Positions 1-10,382 of a DNA stretch of 64,000 bases are shown one piece after another. This DNA is from Epiperipatus broadwayi (taxonomy: Eukaryota > Animalia > Onychophora), in the NCBI GenBank assembly GCA_028023455.1, contig JAQFVV010000006.1, positions 19,034,001-19,098,000 of the forward strand. The letters are read 5' to 3'. How positions within the stretch are numbered: the stretch's first letter is position 1; every line of letters starts with the position of its first letter. The notes below the pieces were generated by a model. The model had not been told where the DNA came from and did not search any database. It was given only the letters and a program-made list of their open reading frames with translations. A program made the translations under genes and the position numbers.

Positions 1-1084
1 CTAACTTTTTTTTTTTTAAGTTTTTTCTTTAATCCTTCAACAATCTTCTTAAAGAGTATATGCTTTTCTTTTTTTTTTACTTTTACTAATAGAGGATCGT
101 CACGTTCATGCTAACTGCTAAATTTTATTTCGAACTCAGTGGAAGCGTGTTAACTTGAATTATTCCTATAGTGGAATTATTTTCAAGTGTGTAGTTTAAC
201 CTTGAATATAAAAAAAAAAAAAACTGCTTGGCCAATAGTATGTCCTGCTGCCTCGTCATGAGCCTGTCATGTCTTGAGTCACTTCCCTATATTAGCTGTG
301 ACAATAGTTTTTATTAAGTGTTTGCACTAAACATGCGCAGCATTTCTGATTCCAGTTACCTTATTATTTTTTTTGTTTTTGTTTAAGCCCTCTAGAATTA
401 AAGCAATGATTTGGGATAGGCTGAAATAAGATGGCAGTACTTAATTGTGATTTTTATTGGAGCAGAATAATCACTAATGACTTAATTTGGAACTGGGTTT
501 GAAATAAGAGTTTCTGCTGGCAAAGATTATATTTTTAAGCAGCCCAATTCCTCTGCTTACCACAGAAATGGAGACCATGTAATGTGATTTAAAAATAGCG
601 TAATTACACTGTTTTCCTTGGTCATTGGGCCTGGTAATTTCTCCTTAAAGTAATAGAAATAATAAAAATATCAGTAGTATTTGTAAAGCAAGGAACTAAA
701 GATAATTTATAGATCTCATGCTTTTTTAAATATAGATACATGTGAAATCTATGAACTTTAGTTGACCTACATTCTTCAAGATACAAATGAAAAATAGTAT
801 TGGCAACTAAGTAACTGTCAAGGTTTAAAGTTAATTTAGCAACTCATGTTCTATAAGAAGGAAGTTTAATAGAATGGATGGATACAAAAAAGTTTTTTGG
901 GAAAAGCTTTTCTCTCACTGATAAATAATTTGCTGTGAAGCCTAATTTAGTATATTCTTGGAATTCTTTGCTATATCAGTGAAAGGCTAATGATGCTAAA
1001 ACTTGCCTTGCACATTGGTACTAGTAGTCATTTTATTGCTGCCTATGTTCCAACATTTAGATTCAGAGAAAGGAAGCTATTATT

Positions 1085-1750
1085 TCTTAACTGGATAACA
1101 TTATTACTGCTTCGTAAAGATTGCAAGTGTTATCAGGTAAAGCAAAAAAAGTAGGCCTGAAGAAAAGTGCTAAAAAGATTATGTTCAATGGATTTTCTCA
1201 AAAGAAAAAATAAGGATTGGTAATGGTGAATTAGAAATTAATAACTATAAATACTTTGGTCAGAATATTAATATAGATGGAAACATAATGGATGAAATTA
1301 ATCTTATATGGAGTATTTTTGGTAGATATAGAGTAAATATGGTTATGTGTTTGAAAAGGAAAGTTTGAAATTAATGTTTACCAGTTCCTAGTTATGGATC
1401 TGGAACTTGGGCACTTAACAGAAGAACAATACAGATACTTCAGACCACTCAACAATATTATGAGTAATAAGAAGGAAAACAATGAGAGAAGAAACAATAT
1501 TACTGACATTATTAAAAGAATTAAGAGAGTGAAGTGGACTGAACTGGTCATATTGCTAGAAGAGATGTTAATAAATGGACATTTAAAATCTTAAGACCTA
1601 GAAAGAGAACACTTGTGAGATGGATTGATGAAATAAGAATGTTTATTGGTCTGATGCGGAGAAGAGAGACTAGAAATCAGAGAAACGATCAAATTTGGAA
1701 AAACTTTCATCATTCAATAGAGTGATAATGTTTGAAAATGATGATGATGA
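1085..1750 (+). mobile_element. RTE-clade LINE, 5'-truncated decayed 3' fragment
   Basis: Frame from 1210 reads IRIGNGELEINNYKYFGQNINIDGNIMDEIN..CLKRKV*N*CLPVPSYGSGTWAL. After frameshifts it reads IKRVKW/TGHIARRDVNKWTFKI..VRWIDEIR, the RTE RT C-terminal region. It ends in a (GAT)n tail at ~1737-1750. Boundaries approximate. Confidence 0.85.
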
Positions 1751-2674
1751 CATGTAATTTCAGCTTGGCAGAAATGATGAACTTAATTATAAATACAGAG
1801 ATTAAATGCAAAAGTTCAGTAAATGACACTAAGGCTTAAAAATGATGTTGTCACTCCAGATAATTTTTTTGATGCATTTGAAGCAGCATATGGATCTGAG
1901 AAATAGTAACAACTATCCTACTAAATCCAGCAGTGGCATTCTCCTATATGATAAAATTTTGAATAGGTAAAAGGAATATTTTGATTGACTTTTGAATAAT
2001 GATTTAAAAATTGGGATGGCAACTTTTAATATATATTTTATCTATACATTTAGATATCCAGTTTAGTGAAGTCAAAATTATTCCTTATAATATTAAAAAC
2101 GGAAAGGCTTCAGTTTTGATGCTGAAGAAGTTTTAAAATATGGTGAATATTAGTTTCAAAAAATTTTGAAATTTTTTAGAATTCATTAAATTTTACCATG
2201 TGATCTTTGTTTTTTCAATTTTTAAAAATATAGAGAAATAGATAAGATTGTAATAATTAGCATGGAATGTCATTGCTATTTACTATATCAGGATTTTATC
2301 GAATAGATTACTTCTAGTCATAGATGAATGATTACCAGAGAGTCATTATGGTTTTAGAGAATAAATAAGTAGTATAGATGTAGTTTTTGTTGTCAGACGA
2401 AAGCAAGAAATTACATTTTGAATTACAAGTGTCAAACTAAGTCAATCTACATCTTTAACACCATACACTTTAGATAAATACAGTAATGATTATTACTAAC
2501 CATTTATTAAACTAGAGATTGTCTCTAGCACAGATATAAACATTACAACTCGAAGATTTTTTTTTTTTTTTTTAATTAAGCATACACACATAGAGTTATT
2601 CATATTTCTCTTTCAAAATGTAATTATTTAATATAGGGAAATATTTTTCCTATACTAGAAATATATATGAGATA

Positions 2675-2731
2675 GTGACCTGAACCAACTGATGAGTGCT
2701 GGTTCAGCATGAAATGCATCTTTGGAGTCAT
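2675..2731 (+). ncRNA. Minimal type-I hammerhead ribozyme motif, family 1 variant
   Basis: GTGAC-CTGAA-CCAA CTGATGA GTGCT-GGTTC-AGCAT GAA ATGCAT C T TTGG A GTCAT. The core CTGATGA/GAAA is intact, stem II has 5 bp, stem III is the palindrome ATGCAT, and there is one extra T after the predicted cleavage site. Confidence 0.7.
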
Positions 2732-3434
2732 TTGTCTTTTATTGTATCTTTATTCGTATGAATTTAAAAGAATATTTATAAATACAAGAAAGTGTCGAAA
2801 ACAAAAGAATGATTTATATATTGCCTTCGTTGAGTTGAATGAAGCATTTGACTTAATTAATTTGTTTGCTATTAATTGATTTTGCAGTTTTTATGTGATG
2901 GAATAAGAAGTGATATTACAATAGGTGAAAAATATGAGACGTTTGAAATAAAAAATTGATGTAAAGATGTGTACTTGCTCTATTGTTTTCAATTTTTATG
3001 GAATAGTTCTGTTTATAACGGCATGATGAAGCAGGAATCAAGATGTGATATATGTTTGATGGTAGGATTTTTAATTTGAATTGATTAAAAGTGAAAACAG
3101 TAACTTGATCTTTTTGGATTCTGGATGTATAACTTGTTCTAAAGATCTACAGCATATACTTAATGTTTTGAATACAATATATAAAGGCTTCAAATAGTCA
3201 AAATAAGAGTCATATATCACATGACCCTATCTCTTAAGCTTGTAAGTTATAAACAATGAGGATTGCCAATTCCTCTACAAGCTTTATGATAAATGCTTAG
3301 CCAGAGCCAGCACTTAAAATATCTCTATCATAAAGGCTTTCAGTTTCACATTTTTTATCACCCATTAATAGGAGAGAAATTTTCATGAACTTATAGCTTA
3401 AATGGGTATCAAATTGAGAATGTAAATCAATTTA

Positions 3435-3495
3435 AGTATCTTGGTAGTTTTGTAAGTAGAAAGTTGGTCTTGATGTTGAGATGCAACACAAACTT
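3435..3495 (+). repeat. 61-bp direct repeat, left copy (target duplication of the RTE)
   Basis: agtatcttggtag...gcaacacaaactt matches 8711-8771 with one mismatch. Confidence 0.95.
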
Positions 3496-4985
3496 TACAT
3501 GCCATACCCTGTTGTGGCACCAGATATAATGGATGGCCATACACAGATGTCCCGGTCCGAAAATACACTTGGATACCTCTATCAACTGTAACATCTTCAT
3601 GCCTAATGCGTTGCATGCCAGATATAACAAAACCCGCTACCACAAAGTTAATGGTGCCAGATATACCGGAACCACAATGTACACCATATGATGACACAAA
3701 TATGTCTAAGTAGTAGGATCACTTGGATGAAATATGTCAACCCAGTACAACATGCAATATCCTAAATTTCTGATTCGACAACACATTTGGGTGTGTCAGA
3801 TGTTTCAGAATTAGCAATGGCATGTAATAAAGGGAGCGCATCTCATTACTATCAGATCTGAGCCTTCAAATATGATGCTACAGATGTCACAATGAAATGC
3901 CCAGTTCCAAGTCACATCTACTTTCCATATACTAACCTATAATTTACTTAAAAATGTTTCAATGTAACCTAGACCAGCGCATATTCATTTCATCTCCCTT
4001 ATAAACCCCATTACACCACGGAATTCGAACTGAGAGAGTTCTTACAATCAACTCTCTTCAGGGATGGACCTACTCAATTATCAACTAAATCTGCCCATAT
4101 ATATATAAGCCCAGATATAGGAGAATACTGATGATGATCAATTATTTATAAAAGCAATACATAATGATGATCAACATTTAATGGTATCTATGCACAGTAA
4201 TGATGGGGATGACCAAACAGAAATCACATTGATTTAAACAACTAATTTATTAACAATATATAAAAAATAAATATTTACAAACAAAAAATAATAAAATAGA
4301 TTAATATTTAGTTATCAAAAACTGGTTTCCTTATCATCTTGGTGACCTCATACAAGAAAACAAAACACAATAATTTGACTTATATTATATACAACATTAT
4401 ATTCTGTAATTCATTAAATATATATAAACATGACACAAAATAAAGAAAATCACAATAAAAGTTCATTAATTATAAAATTACCCCATTAAAATAATTATTA
4501 CAATATTTATAAGCTAGGGTAAATGTATTATCACTATAACTGCCCACTCCCATTTATCTATATATGTAGGTTAAAGTTATGGTAGAAATTAATGACAGCT
4601 AAAGATCATTCAGAAGGGTTAATTATATATTCAGAATAAATAAAATTACACGTAAATTGATTAGTATATTATATATCTAGTCTTGTTGTCTTAAAGTCTT
4701 GCTCTCAATATTATATATATCTATAAATCTTACTTGAGATGAGGTCAGCTGGATGGATTACTGTTGACTTCTAGAGGCATCTAAAAATTTACTTTATTTA
4801 AAAAGTATATATATATCTCCATATATTAATTGAAGAGGATTCATTTTTAAATTTACATCATCAAGACATTTCTCCATTCATTGGTACACTTTTAAGTTGT
4901 AGGTGATCGAATTTGGAAAAATACATTTTAAACACACAATAAAAAAACACAATACATAAACTTTCAAATAACAAAAAAAAAAATC
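3491..4985 (+). repeat. Left arm of a ~1.49-kb inverted repeat
   Basis: Reverse complement of 7200-8691 along its whole length, with a few percent substitutions and small indels. It ends internally in an A-run (4973-4983) plus TC. Confidence 0.95.
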
Positions 4986-5282
4986 TGTCCAATGATATGT
5001 CATTTATTATATTAAGCCTTAATTTTTTAATTATTGTTCTTTAAATGTGTAATGATAACTTACTCAGTCATTTAGATGAACATAAGTTTTAAGTTAATAG
5101 ATTAAATAATAAAATTATTTAACATTCCTTATAGAGTATTTTCAAATAGTTATGATTACAATAAATATAAACTTGTAGCCATGAGAATTATAATAGTTAA
5201 ATAATAGGATATATTCCAAGCTTGAGAGCAATTTACTATGAATTCAAACCGTAGAAATTAGAATGTATGGTCTAGATACAAG

Positions 5283-5486
5283 TTCAGAATTGGAGACAGA
5301 GGGATAATAGAAATTTCACATCCCAGTAAACCACAGGAAGATAAATATTGTAAGTTTAGAAATACGTATGAGGGACCCTATACCATTGTTAAGCAGTCAG
5401 GTCCCAATGCATTTTGGGTAAATCAAGGAGGAGAGATTCGTGGCACGTATAATGCTCGAATCTTAAAGCCTTTTTTTGGACGTTAG
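5283..5486 (+). pseudogene. Ty3/Gypsy integrase C-terminal fragment in the spacer of the inverted repeat
   Basis: FRIGDRGIIEISHPSKPQEDKYCKFRNTYEGPYTIVKQSGPNAFWVNQGGEIRGTYNARILKPFFGR* matches the F.IGD...KF...YEGPY.I...G.N.Y...G.YN...LKP pattern of Gypsy integrase tails. Confidence 0.75.
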
Positions 5487-7199
5487 TAACTATGTAGGAC
5501 AATATCAGAAAATAATTTTTTTTTTATCATAGCTGAGATAATAAATGAAAAAAAATGGGTAAACTGTGATAATAGTAGTGCAATGTATAAAAAAAAATGT
5601 GTATAAACGCATATATATATAGTACAGGATTAGGGATATTAAGTTTGATGAGGGTATTTCCCAAGCAATGCATAAATGCAAGTATGGGAATATCTAGAGG
5701 CTAACTTAAACAAACATGTTTTTATATTTGACTAGATCTTCAAAGTCCAATAAGTCTCAAAGGAGCATGGAGAAGGGTAGCAAATAAATGATTTCATGTG
5801 CCTTCTGTAACAGAGACACATTCTTGGTTATGCCTCCATTATAAAACCGTCAAAACTCTAAATCCAGCACACTAGTTGAACTTCCCAGAACCAGCTGTTA
5901 AATTATAATCGTAGAAAATGTCAGAAAGTAAGGTAATTAATATAGCAACCCTTCACCAAACCCAAAGTAACTAACATACTTGTCATATGTATGAGAGCTA
6001 AAATTTGAAAGCTAGTTAAAATTTTACCTGTTTAGGAGAGGAGTGTTATAAGAGATAGCTTACAACTAGCCTACACACCTTACCCAATGTCTTCTTCAAT
6101 ATCTGGATTCAAACCAAGTGGTAGGAAAGGTAAATATCCTACATACTTGATTATATAAATGTAATATATACCTTCATAAACATACATATACACTGATATA
6201 TTTGAGAGATTAATGTTTTTTTTTATCTATCATGAGTAAGTAAATACATTGTTTGTTTACATGGTGTGTGTATATATATATATATGTAGATAAACATATG
6301 CATGGAAGATAATGTTTGTTTATTGGTAGAAATTAATTGTTTTCCTATTTGTGTATTCATTTAATTTTATTAATAAAAAAAAAAAATACTAATTGACTGA
6401 CATAGAACAGACATAATTAAAGATTAGATTTATATGAGGTCAAGATTTTTAATAAATGGTCGAGTTGGAAGTAATAAATATGATATTTTATAATGTGATT
6501 TTTTTTTTTTTTTCAAGTTGTAATAATATCGTTTTTAGCAGTCACGTGATGAAAGAGTTTTTTTTTACAATTGAAGAAAAAAAGCAGACGATGGTTCATG
6601 ACAAGAGACCGGGAATTAAACGGACAGAAAGAAAAGTTAAGTTGTTATGTCTTTTAAAAAAGGAAAATAACTTTTTGGCATTTAAAGAAAAAATGTTTGT
6701 AGTTTCCAGAAGTTAAACCTTAATTTAAAGTTAATAGTAATGAACTAGTGAATTAAGTCTTTTACAAGTTAAATTCATTATAGGAATATTAATGCAAAGG
6801 AAATCTGAAACTACTAAAAAAGTAACTGTTTTTTTTTTAAAGCTAATTTTTTTATATATATAATCAAGCTAAATTATAAATATACGTAATAATAAAGGAA
6901 ACCTTAGGATGTATATGGGGTAGAAAAATTAATGCTGTGGGATTTTTCTAACTAACTTCTACGTCATTGCTTGATTATGAAATTATAACATTTGTCATCA
7001 AAACGTCTATTTTGGAAACGCTGGTGCACCACCATTTTTCCATGGATCCATACGATCAGGAAAGATATTTCGTATATATAAATAACAACAACAGAGTTGG
7101 TGAACTGGAATTTTTAGCCATGGATATTGACTTTTTTTATTATTGACTGAATGCTTGCTTTACACAAGATAAAATTATATAGTTAATTAACGTGATGAT

Positions 7200-8691
7200 G
7201 ATTTTTTTTTTGTTATTTGAAAGTTTATGTATTGTTTTTTTTTTATTGTGGGTTTAAAATGTATTTTTCCAAATCCGTTCACCTACAACTTAAAAGTATA
7301 CCAATGAATGGAGAAATGTCTTGATGATGTAAATTTAAAAAGGAATCCTCTTCAATTAATATATAGAGATATGTATATACTTTTTAAATAAAGTAAATTT
7401 TTAGATGCCTCTAGAAGTCAACAGTAATCCATCCAGCTGACCTCATCTCAAGTAAGATTTATAGATATATATAATATTGAAAGCAAGACTTTAAGACAAC
7501 AAGACTAGATAGATAATATACTAATCAATTTACGTGTAATTTTATTTATTCTGAATATATAATTAACCCTTCTGAATAAATGATCTTTAGCTGTCATTAA
7601 TTTCTACCATAACTTTAACCTACATATAGATAAATGGGAGTGGGCAGTTATAGTGATAATACATTTACCCTAGCTTATAAATATTGTAATAATTATTTTA
7701 ATGGGGTAATTTTATAATTAATGAACTTTTATTGTGATTTTCTTTATTTTGTGTCATGTTTATATATATTTAATGAATTATAGAATATAATCTTGTATAT
7801 AATATAAGTCAAATTATTGTGTTTTGTTTTCTTGTATGAGGTCACCAAGATGATAAGGAAACCAGTTTTTGATAACTAAATATTAATCTATTTTATTATT
7901 TTTTGTTTGTAAATATTTATTTTTTATATGTTGTTAATAAATTAGTTGTTTAAATCAATGTGATCTCTGTTTGGTCATCCCCATCATTACTGTGCATAGA
8001 TACCATTAAATGTTGATCATCATTATGCATTGCTTTTATAAATAATTGATCATCATCAGTATTCTCCTATATCTGGGCTTATATATGTGGGCAGATTTAG
8101 TTGATAATTGAGTAGGTCCATCCCTGAAGAGAGCTGATTGTAAGAACTCCCTGAGTTCGAATTCCGTGGTATAATGGGGTTTATAAGGGAGATGAAATGA
8201 ATATGCGCTGGTCTAGGTTACATTGAAACATTTTTAAGTAAATTATAGGTTAGTATACAGAAAGTAGATGTGACTTGGAACTGGGCATTTCGTTGTGACA
8301 TCTGTAGCATCCTATTTGAAGGCTCAGATCTGATAGTAGTGAGATGCACCCCCTTTATTACATGCCATTGCTAATTCTGAAACATCTGACACACCCAAAT
8401 GTGTTGTCGAATCACAAATTTAGGATATGACTTGTACTGGGTTGACACATTTCATCCAAGTGATCCTACTACTTAGTCATATTCGTGTCATCATATGGTG
8501 TACATTGTGTTTCCGGTATATCTGGCACCATTAACTTTGGGGTAGCGGGTTTTGTTATATCTGGCATGCAACGCATTAGGCATGAAGATGTTACTGTTGA
8601 TAGAGGTATCCAAGTGTATTTTTGGATAGGGACATCTGTGTATGGCAGTCCATTATATCTGGTGCCGCAACAGGGTATGGCATGTAAAGTT
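7200..8691 (-). repeat. Right arm of the ~1.49-kb inverted repeat
   Basis: Reverse complement of 3491-4985. The ORF-track entries 3398..3697(-) and 8485..8712(+) give nearly the same peptide. Confidence 0.95.
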
Positions 8692-8710
8692 AATCAAGAT
8701 GTCCCGTTAT

Positions 8711-8771
8711 AGTATCTTGGTAGTTTTATAAGTAGAAAGTTGGTCTTGATGTTGAGATGCAACACAAACTT
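8711..8771 (+). repeat. 61-bp direct repeat, right copy
   Basis: Matches 3435-3495. The RTE reading frame continues directly after it. It is preceded by a 19-bp filler (8692-8710). Confidence 0.95.
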
Positions 8772-9269
8772 CAATGGGCAGCTGCTGCTTTGAATTAAAT
8801 AAGAAATAGGATAATTCATCACATGGAACTCACTACTGCAACTAAGTTAACTTATATAGAACTGATATTTTGCCTAATTTATTGTATAGAAGAGAGATTT
8901 CTACACCCTATTGATATAATATAAAAGCATTAGAAAAGTTTATTTAAGGAAATGGAAAATGATTACTTATGTAGTAATATCATAGGAAATAGTGATGTAA
9001 GATATGCTGAATTCGTTTTTAGATCAGGATAAGGTATTATCCTTTATTCAGACTACAAACAATGAAACATTATGGTTTACATTGTTACAAAGGATATTGC
9101 CAAAAACTTTGACAAACTATTCAAGCAAATGAAGAATTGAAAGTGGTACATTCAATTGCATGCTAGTATATCAAAACTATCTGGAAAGAAAATACTGTTA
9201 ATCAATATGGAAGGGGAGGAATTATCTCATAAGCTTTTGAGAATTCGTTGATTTTTGTATTATCCATAC

Positions 9270-9580
9270 ATTCTTTAAATGGCCATAGCACTAATTATGT
9301 TTATAAATGGATGGCATTCACATAAATTAAATTGATTGTATTTTTAATAATGGCAATTAAAAGATTTCAGTTTTATAAACCAACATACACTGTTTATGCT
9401 CAGAAGCAGATTGCCAAACATCATTAAAGTGTTCTTGTATAAAATTGGCCTGAAGCTTATAATTCTTCAAAAGAACTATGAGCTTATCCGATATTCTAGA
9501 TGAAAACTGGTCAAATGGTGAGATAATTATCTCAGGTGATGAAATTTTGGATAAGCTTGAAAAGAAGACTATATTTTTAA
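9270..9580 (+). pseudogene. Decayed Cys-rich (CXC/Cys8 zinc-finger-like) C-terminal fragment, possibly from an Academ-type DNA transposon
   Basis: NIHCLCSEADCQTSLKCSCIKL followed by acidic SLSDILDENWSNGEIIISGDEILD, with NGW upstream. It resembles the I.C.C...C....CSC.K.GL.C motif. Several stops. Confidence 0.35.
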
Positions 9581-9730
9581 AATATAATTTTTGTTTAAAG
9601 TAATAGCTCAAAAATGTATAAATAAAATATGCTTAAAAGGACATTCATAATTGAAAGAATTACACCTCCCTCTCTCTAATCAAAAATAGTTCAGTTGCTA
9701 AAGCAAATGTTTTATTCACTTAAATTTTTT

Positions 9731-9884
9731 CTTAAAACAATAGCAATTCTCCAACAGCAATACCACCCAGTGCAAATCATCCTAATCAATGATGGTATAA
9801 AGTTCATGCATCAAAATTGCTTATCTAGCACCTTCTCATCCAATATTCTCAGACTAGTTTCTAACTTGTGGTCTTCATCAACAA
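9731..9884 (-). mobile_element. Single decayed arm of hammerhead family 2 (motif at ~9847-9884)
   Basis: Aligns by eye to 58793-58944. Minus strand reads TTGATGA AGAC-CACAA-GTTA GAAACTAGTC TGAGA. Confidence 0.7.
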
Positions 9885-10327
9885 GAATCCAAAATAATGA
9901 AAATTATTTTTAAGAAAAAAATCAGAAGCCACATAAATTTGTAACCATTGTGGAAATAATTAAGAAGCTTGAGCTCACTATCTTATTACTCTGAAAAGGT
10001 AATTATGTTCCAGCAACATTGGCTTTTCTGCCATTGCTTTTGAAAGTGCATTTGTATTTAAAGCAGAAATTGAGGTATTCTTCAATGCTTATTTTAAAAA
10101 TACCACATTGTTTCCACTATTTTGATCTTGCCAAAACTAAAATGACAGACATTAGCTAAAGGTTCCTGGATCATTGTTCAATCCATCACTTATTTTGCAC
10201 AAAATATCACTTGAACCTTCCAAACAACTAATTATTTAATTTTGTTAAAGGGCTATTTTAAAAGAAACTTTCAACTATAGTTGACATTTTTTTTATTTGG
10301 AAAAATAAATACATAAAAAAATGTAAA

Positions 10328-10382
10328 TTTATAGAGGGGATTTGAACACAGACTTTCAAGCTCCCTTCAGCCATTCACTCTT
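10328..10382 (-). mobile_element. 3' tail fragment of hammerhead family 1 element
   Basis: tatagagggatttgaacacagactttcaagctcccttcagc matches 60452-60495 and 60837-60880. Confidence 0.6.

Larger units (their letters stand above)
2255..9245 (+). mobile_element. RTE (BovB-like) LINE remnant split by several insertions; segments ~2255-2410, ~2770-3200, ~3398-3495, 8711-9245
   Basis: Colinear RT motifs in order: RILSNRLLLVIDE*LPESHYGFR; QEKCRKQKNDLYIAFVELNEAFD; CVLALLFSIF; GIKM*YMFDGRIFNL; LNGYQIENVNQFKYLGSF. It resumes after 8771 with MQHKLQWAAAAL..TATKLTYIELIFCLILLYRRE. Confidence 0.8.

Noticed and set aside
3234-3401. Small MITE with ttaagct..taagtt ends inside the RTE
   Set aside because: Only ~14 imperfect AT-rich bases support it.
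3800-3870. MACNKGSASHYYQI as an RNA-polymerase SGAKGS-like motif
   Set aside because: That frame has five stops shared by both arms and no other polymerase motif.
8485-8712. ORF-track peptides MSSYGVHC... (also 3398..3697 minus) as a duplicated small gene
   Set aside because: They start at GTG, lie antisense to the longer reconstructable frames, and run into different flanks. They only reflect the inverted repeat.
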